Shown: piece after piece, positions 31,563 through 42,164 of the stretch
Layout: every line of letters starts with the position of its first letter
How positions within the stretch are numbered: the stretch's first letter is position 1
Assembly: GCA_965222225.1 (NCBI GenBank)
Contig: CBDCTK010000002.1
Location: 512,001-576,000, forward strand
Source: Candidatus Poribacteria bacterium
GTDB taxonomy: Bacteria; Poribacteria; WGA-4E; JAJDTR01
Reading direction: 5' to 3'
DNA length: 64,000 nt
The notes under the pieces: generated by a model
Told to the model about the DNA's origin: nothing
The model's database searches: none
What the model saw: the letters and a program-made list of their open reading frames with translations, nothing else
Made by a program: the position numbers and the translations under genes

Positions 31563-32750
31563 TTGAAAGCGGTGTATCAATTGAAATCTAATTTCCAATC
31601 CTACTTAGTATTTTTCTTAAGTTCGGTGTCATTAATTTTGTTCGTTGTCACAGATGCTGGTGCTAGACCCGAGTTTGCCGTACAGGAGGAGAAGGAATGC
31701 ATCTTCTGCCACATTGATCCGGCAGGCGGAGGGCCACGAAACGAAATCGGGCAAGTGTTTGAGGATAACTACTTTGAATTTCCTGAAGACTTCGATGCAG
31801 AAGCAATCATGGCGGAAGCCGAGGCCGTTGCCAAGAGACTCACAACCGCAATAGACATTCGTACCGCATACATCAAGACAAATGATGTAGATCACTCCGA
31901 TCGGGCGAGGGCTAACTGTAATTCCTGCCATTCAGCTATCGACAGTTTCTACATGATGCAGGGCGAATTGACACTCAACGCCCAGGCATCCGAGAAGGTC
32001 AGAATGACGCTGTCCAACAACATGGGATCAACTCTCAATATGTTTGCAACAATTGATGCGGTTCCCGGACATCTGTACGTCAAGGTGGGCCAATTCCGCA
32101 TCCCGTTTGGGATTAAACAGAAGGACCACAATATGCTCGTGCGCCAAGGATATGATCTCGGATCAAACAAGCGAGATGCCGGCGTTGAAATTGGTGGTTC
32201 TGCAGGAAAAGTGTTCTACAGTGCCGCTATCTTCAACGGTGGTCGCGCACTTAGATCTGACACAAATCAACATAAAGCTTGGACCTCAACGATAGGCAGT
32301 TCTTTTGGACCGGTACGGGGCGGGGTCTCTTATCTTGTCGACAAACCAAGAGGCGAACGAAACATGGTGGCAGGAGCGTTCTTGACGGCTGTACACAAGA
32401 GGTTGTCGATCGAAGCCGAAGTAAATATTGGAAACAGTTTTGCCGATGATGAGAGCCTTCTAGGCGATTTAGGCGCCGCGTCGCTAGGATATTATGCCGG
32501 TGCCAGATATCGGGTGATTCCCAAGTTAATTCTATCGGGAAGGTACGAAGCTTTCGACCCCGACCAAGATCGAAACGGTGACGAGTTGCGCCGCCTTTCC
32601 GGGAGCGCGCGATATACCGTCACGGACAATGCTACGCTTGAATTGTATTACTGGGGCAATATTGCAAACGAGGATCGGGCACCAGACACGAAAGACCGCC
32701 AACTGGCGGGCATCGATCAGATTATTCTAATGTCACACTTCTGGTTCTAA
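31563..32750 (+). CDS. Cytochrome c-porin fusion (Cyc2-like), two CxxCH
   Basis: Signal peptide; ARPEFA...CIFCH...GGGPRN..G; CNSCH; KVGQFRIPFG, DAGVEIG, AIFNG porin motifs; terminal F. Confidence 0.75.
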   Translation: MKAVYQLKSNFQSYLVFFLSSVSLILFVVTDAGARPEFAVQEEKECIFCHIDPAGGGPRNEIGQVFEDNYFEFPEDFDAEAIMAEAEAVAKRLTTAIDIRTAYIKTNDVDHSDRARANCNSCHSAIDSFYMMQGELTLNAQASEKVRMTLSNNMGSTLNMFATIDAVPGHLYVKVGQFRIPFGIKQKDHNMLVRQGYDLGSNKRDAGVEIGGSAGKVFYSAAIFNGGRALRSDTNQHKAWTSTIGSSFGPVRGGVSYLVDKPRGERNMVAGAFLTAVHKRLSIEAEVNIGNSFADDESLLGDLGAASLGYYAGARYRVIPKLILSGRYEAFDPDQDRNGDELRRLSGSARYTVTDNATLELYYWGNIANEDRAPDTKDRQLAGIDQIILMSHFWF

Positions 32751-32810
32751 GTGATTTAGATTTGACTCGCACTGACATTTCTGGAAACTTGCTGAAAGGT
32801 AAGGAATCAC

Positions 32811-33011
32811 ATGCCTTCCACGATCGACACCGAACTCGTTGAAGTCTTTCGACGCGAGGTTGAGGAACTTTCTCAATCGTCAGACAAGTATAGTTCTCTT
32901 GAACCTGCGGACATCAATTCGATTCTCCGCGCATTTAGCCTTGCGATTGACCGGGACGGAGACGGGGTGACGGCTCAAAGGCTCTTGCAAGCGATTAACC
33001 AGCGCCAGTGA
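32811..33011 (+). CDS. Small hypothetical protein
   Basis: AAGGA RBS; GTGA overlap with the SMC gene. Confidence 0.6.
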   Translation: MPSTIDTELVEVFRREVEELSQSSDKYSSLEPADINSILRAFSLAIDRDGDGVTAQRLLQAINQRQ

Positions 33012-34945
33012 ATATGCGGCTAGAAAAAATCCTTCTCAAATCCTTTGGCTGCTTCAATCGGAGAGATTTTGAACTTAGCGAAGGGACAAACCTTATCTTC
33101 GGACCGAATTTCAGCGGCAAAAGTACGCTCGTTAACGCAATTTTTTTTGCGTTGACCGGCAAGTCAATCGTCCCTAGAGTTGCTATGGGGGCACTGACGC
33201 AGGGGGGAACAAACAGTGGAACGGCTGGGGTTGGATTTCGCGAGCAGGGGAAGAGTTATCAGTTGTTTCGGTCTACTCAAGGTGAGGTTGAACTGCGTTG
33301 TATGGAGGGAGGTAACTGGCGGAAAATCTTCAGTGGAAAACGGGCGGCAGACGAGGATTTGAGGAAGATGTTTGATTTCACGTATGACCACTTGGCTGCT
33401 GCGACTTTTTTGCGGGAAGGTGAGATTTTTGAATTCCTCGCTCGGCAGCCATCACATCGGCGCGAAATCTTGTACGTGCTGCTCGGTATCGATCGACTCA
33501 TAGGCGTTCGGGAACGGTTCATTGAAGTAAGGCGCATCGTGAAACGTGAAGAGACGCGGATTCAGGAACATCAACGTAGACTACAACTCGCTACGGCCAA
33601 GACTCATCGGGCGGAAATAGAGCGTATCCAAAACCAAATGGTTGAGTTAGAAAAAGAGTATGAACTCCTATCAAGCTACAACACTGCAAGCGGCAATGAG
33701 GTACTTATCTTTGAATTGACGGAGGAGCGCTCACGTCTGGAAAAGCAGATGAATACTCTCGCAGTAGAGCGAGTTTCAAGCCTCAGCGGCTTTAACGATA
33801 TCTCGCACATTCGACAGACGATTGAAACAGTAGAAGCAGCGATTAGTGATACCAAGCAACTTGAATCGCAGCGCGAGAAGTTGATTCAGGAGATTGGTGG
33901 TCTCCAGAACCAAACTGAAATGTTGGCGGAGACCTGCCAGACTTTGCAACAGTTACTTGAGAGCAATCAAGGGCATTGTCCAACGTGCCATCAACCAGTA
34001 CACCAGATGGTCTTCAAGGGAATTCTTGAGGAAAAACAAGCCGAAAAGGGCAAGTTCGTAGAGCGTTTGGCGACAAAACAGAAACAGCTTGACAAAAACT
34101 CGGTTGACCTATCGACTTTACGAAAACTGAACCAACGGCATCAGGTACTGCAAAGCAAAATTCAAGTTCTAGATCGTATTGAAAGCCAGTATGGGGAAGT
34201 TCAATCCGAATTCAATACAATCAGTGCCAAACTTCGGAGCCTACAGGTAGAGGATGCGACCAAGAGCCATGCCTCGGAAACGACCGCGTCTGGTTACGCT
34301 CGGGTGGTTGAACGTAGACGCCAGATGAGAAACAAGATTGATGGACTGCGTAAACGACTGCTGGCGCTCAACAAGGAAGAAGCCGTCATAACGAATAAAA
34401 TTGAGGAACTTGAACGTGCAGAGGTTGAGGTGAGTCTCGCGCTGCGGACACGACTGAATCTTGAACTTACATGTGATGCCATTGAGCGTACAATTCAGGC
34501 TATTCAGCGCCAAATTCTTCAGCCAGCCGAGAGAGAACTGCAACGTTGGCTTAAACGGATGAATCTTTTTGAATTGGCACAAATTGATTTGAAGAGCCAG
34601 TACCTGCTTCCATCTCTGCAGATTGACGGCAATGACCGAAGTTTGATGCTACTCAGCGGCAGTGAAAAGATAATTCTGTATCTTTCTCTAAAGATAGCGC
34701 TTTCGAGAACGTTGGGCAATCCCGGTTTTTTTGTCTTTGACGATCCGACGCTACATCTGGATTATAGGCGAAAACAGTTGATGATTGAATTCATCCTTAA
34801 ACTTGCCGAGGAGTATCAAGTGATTGTCACCAGTAACGATTCGGATGTTCTCAAAGGGCTAGACGGTGCACACCTGATTGAAACGGGGAATGTGGGTGAC
34901 GACATCCTAACAGAGACACCGACAAATGAGAGCGCAACACAGTAA
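33008..34945 (+). CDS. SMC/SbcC/Rad50-like ATPase
   Basis: Walker A GPNFSGKST, coiled coil, zinc hook CPTC, LSGSE signature, FDDPT, no SbcD neighbour. Confidence 0.9.
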   Translation: MNMRLEKILLKSFGCFNRRDFELSEGTNLIFGPNFSGKSTLVNAIFFALTGKSIVPRVAMGALTQGGTNSGTAGVGFREQGKSYQLFRSTQGEVELRCMEGGNWRKIFSGKRAADEDLRKMFDFTYDHLAAATFLREGEIFEFLARQPSHRREILYVLLGIDRLIGVRERFIEVRRIVKREETRIQEHQRRLQLATAKTHRAEIERIQNQMVELEKEYELLSSYNTASGNEVLIFELTEERSRLEKQMNTLAVERVSSLSGFNDISHIRQTIETVEAAISDTKQLESQREKLIQEIGGLQNQTEMLAETCQTLQQLLESNQGHCPTCHQPVHQMVFKGILEEKQAEKGKFVERLATKQKQLDKNSVDLSTLRKLNQRHQVLQSKIQVLDRIESQYGEVQSEFNTISAKLRSLQVEDATKSHASETTASGYARVVERRRQMRNKIDGLRKRLLALNKEEAVITNKIEELERAEVEVSLALRTRLNLELTCDAIERTIQAIQRQILQPAERELQRWLKRMNLFELAQIDLKSQYLLPSLQIDGNDRSLMLLSGSEKIILYLSLKIALSRTLGNPGFFVFDDPTLHLDYRRKQLMIEFILKLAEEYQVIVTSNDSDVLKGLDGAHLIETGNVGDDILTETPTNESATQ

Positions 34946-35048
34946 GCGATTTAATCTTACAATCAGTAAGATTTTGGGTTGTCTAGGAGGGTTTTCATCT
35001 TCGCTGTGGACGCAATCCCCTACCACAGCCTGAAAGCGTAAGCAGCGT

Positions 35049-36026
35049 ATGGTGAGTATTGGTAACATAACAACCACGGATTTCCCGCTGTTGCTTGCTC
35101 CAATGGAAGATGTAAGCGATCCGCCATTCCGAGCTGTGTGCAAAGAGAATGGCGCAGATTTAATGTACACTGAATTCATCTCGTCCGAAGGGCTTATCCG
35201 ACATGCAGCCAAGAGCGTAGCCAAGCTAGATATTTTTGAATATGAACGCCCGGTCGGGATTCAAATTTTTGGACATAACATCGACTCAATGAAGGAAGCT
35301 GTCGAGATGGCGGAGCAAGCCCACCCCGATATTATCGACATCAACTACGGCTGTCCGGTAAAAAAGGTGGCATGTCGCGGCGCTGGTGCAGGGATATTGC
35401 TTGATGTTCCGAAAATGGTAAAGATGACGGAAGAGATTGTCAAATCGACTTCTTTACCTGTAACCGTGAAAACCAGACTCGGTTGGGATGATAAGTCCAA
35501 GTACATTAGTGAAGTCTCCGAGAGACTGCAGGATGTCGGCATCCGGGCAATTTCCATTCACGGCCGTACTCGACGACAGATGTACAAAGGTGAGGCAGAC
35601 TGGACTCTGATAGGCGAAATCAAGAACAACCCGCGTATACACATCCCTGTTTTTGGGAACGGAGACGTAGATAGCCCGCAGAAAGCGCTGTTGATGCGTC
35701 AAAAATATGGCGTCGATGGTATTATGATTGGCAGAGCCGCGATTGGTTATCCATGGATCTTTCGGGAGATAAAACACTATTTTTCGACGGGCGAGTTGCT
35801 CCCACGTCCCTCGCTAGACGAGAGAATCCAAGTATTCAAAAAGCACCTCGATTTTTCCACGCACTGGAAGGGGTTACGAGTGGGCATTGCAGAGATGCGA
35901 CGACACTATAGCAACTACTTCAGAGGAATTCCGCATATAAAGATTTATCGTGCCAAGCTGGTGACTTGCGACAGTTATGAAGAGATTCTGAGCACAGTCG
36001 ATGATATTCGTCAAATTGCCGCTTGA
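35049..36026 (+). CDS. dusB: tRNA dihydrouridine synthase B
   Basis: LAPMED, DINYGCP, VTVKTRLGW, IHGRT, GNGD, MIGRA. Confidence 0.95.
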   Translation: MVSIGNITTTDFPLLLAPMEDVSDPPFRAVCKENGADLMYTEFISSEGLIRHAAKSVAKLDIFEYERPVGIQIFGHNIDSMKEAVEMAEQAHPDIIDINYGCPVKKVACRGAGAGILLDVPKMVKMTEEIVKSTSLPVTVKTRLGWDDKSKYISEVSERLQDVGIRAISIHGRTRRQMYKGEADWTLIGEIKNNPRIHIPVFGNGDVDSPQKALLMRQKYGVDGIMIGRAAIGYPWIFREIKHYFSTGELLPRPSLDERIQVFKKHLDFSTHWKGLRVGIAEMRRHYSNYFRGIPHIKIYRAKLVTCDSYEEILSTVDDIRQIAA

Positions 36027-36150
36027 GTTCGATTATTGGACTCTATGGGAAGAGAAAAAGGAGCTGGAGTGCCTCTAACTCTTGATGTGTAAATCTTGGA
36101 GAAACAACGGTATTCATTGTGAGATGCGTATACTCTAAAGGGAAGATATA

Positions 36151-36396
36151 ATGACAGCTGAACAAGCAAGATCCTTGAAAGAGAGTCTTGAATCAATGTT
36201 TGAACACATTGCAGGAAGACACGGAATGTCAGAAGACCTCCAACAGATTGAAAGATTGCAGCGCGAAATTGCTCCAACTGCGCCGTCAATGCTCAATCAT
36301 TATCTTGAGCGTAGGAGCTATACGAAAGCGCTTGACTTTCTTAATCAGGAGATTACCACCGGGGACATAGACCGTCCGAGCTCAACCGATGACTGA
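36151..36396 (+). CDS. Hypothetical protein
   Basis: Protein-like helical ORF with LNHYLERRSYTKALDFL. Confidence 0.65.
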   Translation: MTAEQARSLKESLESMFEHIAGRHGMSEDLQQIERLQREIAPTAPSMLNHYLERRSYTKALDFLNQEITTGDIDRPSSTDD

Positions 36397-36501
36397 TTTG
36401 ACACGCAAGCAGGGGAAACGCATCTAAAATCCTTCAGTCGCCCTCACGCTAAAAATAACCACGGTGGCTGTCTTTTGCTTTATCAGTTTTGCGCTTTATA
36501 A

Positions 36502-36770
36502 CCCCAGCGCGGCGACAGGTCGGTCGTGTCCCGGATGCATCGTCCGAATTAGGAAGAAATATTGGATTCCAGGCTGATTCGAGCATTTCGGAATTTAACC
36601 GAGAGTATTACAATAGCCACCTAACAGGCATTTTCCGATGTTTTTTTTGATTTAGTCACTATCCAAGTGTCGCCCCGTTGGGGACTTTTACGTGCGTGCG
36701 ATTGGCGTTGCTATATACCTGTGGAATCCCTATCGCACTCGTTATCCACTCCCTTGATCCCCGCTGGGGC
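36502..36770. repeat. Cluster of GCCCCGCTGGGGC-type REP-like palindromes
   Basis: Copies at ~36502-36519 (minus), 36668-36683, 36759-36770. Confidence 0.55.
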
Positions 36771-36886
36771 TTCCGATGTGTGACGAATCGGTGTTGCTAT
36801 TCACTTTGAGAATCTCATCTTCAATTTGATGATAGTTGATCTCTTAGAATCAGATGTGTTTTCCTTGGGCACGCAAGGCATTTGAG

Positions 36887-36915
36887 TTGACATCAATAAA
36901 ATGCAGTGATATAGT
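36887..36915 (+). promoter_or_regulatory. sigma70 promoter of the rph operon
   Basis: TTGACA-17nt-TATAGT with TGn extension. Confidence 0.75.
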
Positions 36916-36991
36916 AGCTATCAAGGTTGAGGGAATCACGAAATGGATTCATTTGGCGACGACAGTTCAAAACTTGTTGAGGGGAGTGTAG

Positions 36992-37750
36992 ATGGCACGA
37001 GTTGATGGGCGCCGACAAAATCAGATGCGGCCCCTCACGATTAATCGAAATTTCATTAAACATGCCGAGGGTTCCGTGTTGATTGAGATAGGGGACACGA
37101 AGGTGGTGTGCACGGCATCGGTTGATGAGAGACAACCGCGTTTCATGCGCGAGCAACAAATCCGTAACAAAGGCTGGGTAACTGGAGAATATTCAATGTT
37201 GCCACGTTCTACTTCGGATCGGATGCAGCGCGAGGTTACGCGTGGATCGCCTAGTGGGCGAACACAGGAGATTCAACGCCTGATTGGCAGATCGCTCCGA
37301 GCTATCGTAGATTTAAATATGCTTGGCGAACGAACTATCTGGATTGATTGCGACGTTATCCAAGCGGATGGCGGCACACGAACCGCTTCAATAACAGGAG
37401 CTTATGTCGCGCTCTGGGATGCCTGCCAATGGCTCATGAAGCGCAAATTGATTGATGTCCTCCCGATACGCGACAACGTCGCTGCAACAAGTGTTGGAAT
37501 CGTTAACGGTACACCGAGTCTAGATCTTTGTTATAGTGAGGATTCAACCGCGGAAGTAGACATGAACGTTGTCATGACCGGGAAGGGAAAATTTGTAGAG
37601 ATACAGGGAACGGCTGAAGAGAATCCCTTTTCGCGGGAAGAATCCGATCAGCTATTGGATCTTGCCACCGACGGGATTGGTCAACTGATCCGTCTGCAAA
37701 AACGTATGGTTTTGGAAAGATTAGATGAAGCTAGTCTTGGCAACGCGTAA
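36992..37750 (+). CDS. rph: Ribonuclease PH
   Basis: [47 protein letters not shown]. Confidence 0.97.
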   Translation: MARVDGRRQNQMRPLTINRNFIKHAEGSVLIEIGDTKVVCTASVDERQPRFMREQQIRNKGWVTGEYSMLPRSTSDRMQREVTRGSPSGRTQEIQRLIGRSLRAIVDLNMLGERTIWIDCDVIQADGGTRTASITGAYVALWDACQWLMKRKLIDVLPIRDNVAATSVGIVNGTPSLDLCYSEDSTAEVDMNVVMTGKGKFVEIQGTAEENPFSREESDQLLDLATDGIGQLIRLQKRMVLERLDEASLGNA

Positions 37751-38333
37751 TATCGGGAAGGTGCGGGAACTCAGTAAAATGTTGAGTGACCAAGGTAATA
37801 TTGAAGTCCTATCTATAAAGGATTTTCCAAACGCGCCGGAGATTGTTGAAGATGGTGAGACCTATCAGGACAACGCAAAGAAAAAAGCTATCCATATCGC
37901 AGAATATTCAGGATTTCTTGCTCTTGCTGATGATTCAGGTCTAGAGGTTGATGCGCTTGACGGGGCGCCTGGTGTACATTCAGCACGCTATGCAGGTTCC
38001 AATGCTTCCGACGCTGATCGAATCGTGAAGTTACTCACCGCTATAATGGATACACCGGACGATGAGCGCACCGCGCGCTTTAAATGTGCAGTAGCTGTTG
38101 CGGAACCTAGCGGTCACGCGGACGTCGTCATTGGCGTATGCAATGGTTCAATTATTCGCGAGCCTCGTGGCACATGGGGATTTGGATATGACCCCATTTT
38201 TGTACCGCAGGGATATGACTTAACCTTCGCGGAGTTGGGCGAGCAGGTCAAGAATTGCATTAGCCATCGAGCAAAAGCGTTGAAGATGGCACTGGAGTTA
38301 ATTGAAAATACTTTGCAACAAACGGTTGATTGA
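37725..38333 (+). CDS. rdgB: dITP/XTP pyrophosphatase
   Basis: [36 protein letters not shown]. Confidence 0.96.
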   Translation: MKLVLATRNIGKVRELSKMLSDQGNIEVLSIKDFPNAPEIVEDGETYQDNAKKKAIHIAEYSGFLALADDSGLEVDALDGAPGVHSARYAGSNASDADRIVKLLTAIMDTPDDERTARFKCAVAVAEPSGHADVVIGVCNGSIIREPRGTWGFGYDPIFVPQGYDLTFAELGEQVKNCISHRAKALKMALELIENTLQQTVD

Positions 38334-38348
38334 GTCAGGGAGAATACT

Positions 38349-38906
38349 ATGGCAGTATTGAATGATTTGCGTAACGGTCTGGTCATCCGGCTTGGTGATG
38401 TAATCTACACCATCGTAGATTGTCAACACGTTAAGCCTGGAAAAGGGGGAGCATTTGCACGTACCAAGCTAAAACGGTTGACCGACGGAGCCGTAATCGA
38501 TCGTACGTTTCGCTCGAGTGAAAGCATTGAAACGGTCAGGGTTGAAGGACGAGACATGCAGTTCATGTACAGTGACGGAAATCTGTTACATTTTATGGAC
38601 AATGAGACGTTTGAACAGCATATGCTGTCGACGGATCTAATCGGAGATGGAATGAAGTTCCTCAAAGAGGGAGAGACCATCACTGTCAAGGTGGATGGAG
38701 ATACTCCCCTTACTGTAGAGCTTCCTACCTTTGTGGCGCTTAAAATTGTCGAGACAGATCCCGGATTGCGTGGCGACACTGTCAGTGGTGGGTCTAAAAC
38801 CGCGAAACTAGAAACGGGCGGAAGCGTCCAAGTGCCGCTTTTTGTTGAAAACGGCACGGTCATCAAGGTAGATACACGCACAGGAACCTACGTTGAAAGG
38901 GTGTAA
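38349..38906 (+). CDS. efp: Elongation factor P
   Basis: HVKPGKGGAF, TDPGLRGDT, VPLFV, DTRTGTY. Confidence 0.98.
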   Translation: MAVLNDLRNGLVIRLGDVIYTIVDCQHVKPGKGGAFARTKLKRLTDGAVIDRTFRSSESIETVRVEGRDMQFMYSDGNLLHFMDNETFEQHMLSTDLIGDGMKFLKEGETITVKVDGDTPLTVELPTFVALKIVETDPGLRGDTVSGGSKTAKLETGGSVQVPLFVENGTVIKVDTRTGTYVERV

Positions 38907-38909
38907 CGC

Positions 38910-39359
38910 ATGCCCGAAGATAAATCACCTTCCTTACAATTGCTAAACCAGGTCTGTGACGTTATGGACGATCGCCGGTTGACGGAAGTCTATCTGCGCG
39001 ACGGCGAAGTTACACTTAGGGTACGTAGAGAAGACCCTGCAGTGACAATTCCCACCGGAGTATCTCAACCTGCTGCATCGTCGCCGATATCTATGCCGCT
39101 CCAAACAGATCACGAAGACAGCGAATTCATCAAAGCTCCAATGCCGGGTGTTTTCTATCGGTCTGCGGCGCCAGATGAGCCATTCTTTGTCATTGAGGGC
39201 GATATTGTATCGGGCGAAGATGCAATTTGTTTAATTGAGGCAATGAAAATCTTCAACCCGATTCAGACCGGATTTCCTTGTCAGATTGTTGAAGTCGTTG
39301 TGGAAAATGAGACGGTGGTGGAGTACGATCAACCGCTTTTTCGCATAAAAAGAACCTGA
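38910..39359 (+). CDS. accB: Acetyl-CoA carboxylase biotin carboxyl carrier protein
   Basis: APMPGVFYR, IEAMK, VEYDQPLF. Confidence 0.95.
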   Translation: MPEDKSPSLQLLNQVCDVMDDRRLTEVYLRDGEVTLRVRREDPAVTIPTGVSQPAASSPISMPLQTDHEDSEFIKAPMPGVFYRSAAPDEPFFVIEGDIVSGEDAICLIEAMKIFNPIQTGFPCQIVEVVVENETVVEYDQPLFRIKRT

Positions 39360-39442
39360 GCGTTTCTCGCCTCCTGGTATTCACCATTTCTACCATCTTG
39401 ATAGGCTCTTCTCGTCAGCCCAGATTGATTCACTGAGAATTT

Positions 39443-40813
39443 ATGTTTAGGAAAATCCTTATTGCAAATCGCGGTGAGATTGCGGTTCGAATCATTCGCA
39501 CGTGTCGAGACATGGGGATTAAGACTGTTGCAGTTTATTCGACAGCAGATCGAGATGCCTTGCATGTGAAGTATGCCGATGAGCAGTACTGCATTGGACC
39601 GCCTTCTCCGGCGGAAAGCTATCTCAAACATGCCAACATAATCACTGTAGCGCAGTTGACAAACGCTGACGCCCTCCACCCCGGAGTAGGATTTTTGTCT
39701 GAGGATTCGCAGTTTGCCGAAATCTGCGAAGCGCATCGAATTACGTTTATTGGTCCCTCGGTCGATAACTTGGTGCGGATGGGGGATAAAGCTGAAGCTC
39801 GTGAAACGATGTCCAAGTTGGGACTGAAGCTTGTACCAGGCAGTCGAAGCACTCGGCAGGGTCGTTTGAAAATAGGTCGTAAACGGGGAGTAGTCGAGAC
39901 GGAGGAAGAGGCCGTCGAGGTCGCCGAGCGGATAGGTTATCCTGTAGGGATTAAAGCATCTGCTGGAGGCGGAGGGCGTGGCATCCGAATTGCGAACAAT
40001 CAGATCAGTTTGCTAAGCCTATTCCACACAGCAAAATCCGAAGCGGAGCGCGCGTTTGGTAATGCAGATGTTTACATTGAAAAGTGGATCGAGAATGCGC
40101 GACATATTGAGGTACAGATCCTCGCAGACAAGCATGACAACGTCGTACATCTTGGTGAGCGCGAATGTTCAATCCAACGGAAGCAGCAAAAATTGCTTGA
40201 GGAGGCACCGTCTCCGTCAATCAGTGCGAAGCTACGCGCCGAAATCTGCAAAACCGCAGTGAAAGCGGCAAAGTCAATCAATTATTCAAATGTAGGTACA
40301 ATCGAATTTTTAGTTGACTCAGACAATAATTTCTATTTCCTAGAAATGAATACGCGCCTTCAAGTTGAGCACACTGTTACCGAAATGACAACAGGGATCG
40401 ATCTGGTTAAAGAACAAATTCGCGTGGCGGCGGGGGAGCAACTAGGATACAGTCATTCAGACGTACGAATTGATGGTCATGCCATTGAATGCCGGATTAA
40501 TGCTGAAGATGCCCAGAAAAACTTTATTCCATCGCCCGGTGAAATAACCGCCTACCATCCTCCTGGAGGCATAGGCATTCGAACCGATAGTCATCTCTAT
40601 ACAGGGCACAAGGTTCCACCGTATTACGATTCGCTTATCGCCAAACTTATTGCCCATGGTCGAACTAGAGAAGAGGCAATTGTTCGGATGAGGCGTGCTT
40701 TGGAGGAACTCACCATTGGAGGGGTTAAAACCACAACTTCCTTGCATCAAGAAATACTAAGGGATGAACGTTTTCTAGCCGGGCAGGTGGACACAGGATT
40801 CTTGGAAGCCTAA
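39443..40813 (+). CDS. accC: Biotin carboxylase
   Basis: KILIANRGEIA, GGGGRG, ERECSIQR, EMNTRLQVEH, PPYYDSLIAK. Confidence 0.97.
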   Translation: MFRKILIANRGEIAVRIIRTCRDMGIKTVAVYSTADRDALHVKYADEQYCIGPPSPAESYLKHANIITVAQLTNADALHPGVGFLSEDSQFAEICEAHRITFIGPSVDNLVRMGDKAEARETMSKLGLKLVPGSRSTRQGRLKIGRKRGVVETEEEAVEVAERIGYPVGIKASAGGGGRGIRIANNQISLLSLFHTAKSEAERAFGNADVYIEKWIENARHIEVQILADKHDNVVHLGERECSIQRKQQKLLEEAPSPSISAKLRAEICKTAVKAAKSINYSNVGTIEFLVDSDNNFYFLEMNTRLQVEHTVTEMTTGIDLVKEQIRVAAGEQLGYSHSDVRIDGHAIECRINAEDAQKNFIPSPGEITAYHPPGGIGIRTDSHLYTGHKVPPYYDSLIAKLIAHGRTREEAIVRMRRALEELTIGGVKTTTSLHQEILRDERFLAGQVDTGFLEA

Positions 40814-40886
40814 GTATAGTGTTTGACTGATCTCACGTCTGAGACTACGGTTATTTCGTTTGTTCTCTACTTGCTCCCGTTCAACT

Positions 40887-41615
40887 ATGCCTTCTTCGGT
40901 TGATGTCGTCTTCACACCAAATCTCCTTCCCTTCTCCGACCTTTCCGAAAAAACCGTCGTAGTCACCGATATCCTGCGCGCGACAACTACGATTACGGTC
41001 GCTCTTGCAAATGGCGCCTCCAGCGTTGCTCCTGTTTTGGCCCCCGCCGATGCTTTTCACTTCGCTAATCAAACCCCAAACGCTCTAATCGGAGGTGAGC
41101 GAGAGGGAATCAAGATCGACGGCTTTAATCTCGGGAATTCGCCTCGCGAATATACAAAATCCGTAGTTGTCGGACGACCGATTGTGTTGACCACAACGAA
41201 TGGCACACGCGCCCTGCGTCTGTGTCAATCTGCCAATCGCGTGCTTGTTGGTTGCTTTCTAAACCTTCGAGCAGTGACCAATTACCTCATAAATGTGACA
41301 GGAGAAATTGTGATTGCATGTTCGGGGCGAGAAGGTAGTTTCTGTCTTGAAGATGCAATTTTTTCTGGGGCTTGCGCAGATGCGTTAAAATGTGGTACCG
41401 ATAACGTCAGGCGCGATTTCCGACTGACTGATGCCGCGGAAGCTGCTCGAATTCTCTATCGCGAACATCACCACGATCTCATTGGCATGATGAATAATTG
41501 CTACCATGGCAAGCATCTCGCCAATATTGGGTTGGGAGCAGATCTCGCATTTTGCGCTCAGACAAATATAATTGATATTGTTCCACGCCAAATTGATAGT
41601 CACATTGTTGCGTAA
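40887..41615 (+). CDS. comB: 2-phosphosulfolactate phosphatase family
   Basis: DILRATTT, GGER.G, GNSPRE, TTTNGT, LEDA. Confidence 0.92.
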   Translation: MPSSVDVVFTPNLLPFSDLSEKTVVVTDILRATTTITVALANGASSVAPVLAPADAFHFANQTPNALIGGEREGIKIDGFNLGNSPREYTKSVVVGRPIVLTTTNGTRALRLCQSANRVLVGCFLNLRAVTNYLINVTGEIVIACSGREGSFCLEDAIFSGACADALKCGTDNVRRDFRLTDAAEAARILYREHHHDLIGMMNNCYHGKHLANIGLGADLAFCAQTNIIDIVPRQIDSHIVA

Positions 41616-41622
41616 AGTTGCG
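41611..41622 (+). repeat. Putative attL core
   Basis: CGTAAAGTTGCG containing the comB TAA, followed by a second AAAGTTGCGTT. Confidence 0.65.
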
Positions 41623-41766
41623 AAAGTTGCGTTGTCTCGGTAGATACATATATGCCTCTTTTTTTCTTATACGATTTGAGTTATTCTGAGTCGGCTTTTG
41701 AAGTTTTTTTACTGCTAGGATATTCAACAAATCTCCACAAATCATCTTCCACTGTTTTGTAGACCT

Positions 41767-41973
41767 TCACCCATTCACCACCCCGATGGAGACTGCCAAC
41801 CCAAATCTCAGGTTTTTTGAATGCCTGCGAATGAAATGAATGTTGCGCTTGGCAGTCCTACCACCCCCCTTTGACGGCAGTAAAACAGGCTGATTTTTCA
41901 ACCCGATGAATACTAAATCTTCCTCTGCCTGTGTATCTTGCAGAAGTTCTGCGAAGTCTTCAAGTACAGACAT
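41767..41973 (-). pseudogene. Small, probably frameshifted island ORF
   Basis: AGGTG RBS + MSVLEDFAELL...; a protein-like tail (WVKVYKTVEDDLWRFVEYP) continues in another frame to ~41681. Confidence 0.3.
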
Positions 41974-42164
41974 TATTTCACCTGCCAATCGAAGTTAATC
42001 AACCTGCATTCTAGCCCTTGGATTTCCATGTGTCAACAGGATTTCTCTTGTTCTAACCTTCCCTGTACGCTATCATCTAGCTGAAGAATGCCGCATAGTT
42101 ATGGACCATCGCACTGTCTTGACTGTATTTCGGAATTCTCAACACAAGATTGTAAAGGAGATTC

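Noticed and set aside
29125-33011. Other TGA stops as selenocysteine (SDR, 66-aa ORF)
   Set aside because: The SDR is complete at its TGA and the 66-aa ORF stop overlaps the next start; no redox motif or continued homology
41700-42050. Integrase at the island edge
   Set aside because: No tyrosine (R..HxxR..Y) or serine (Y.R.S) recombinase motifs in the available ORFs
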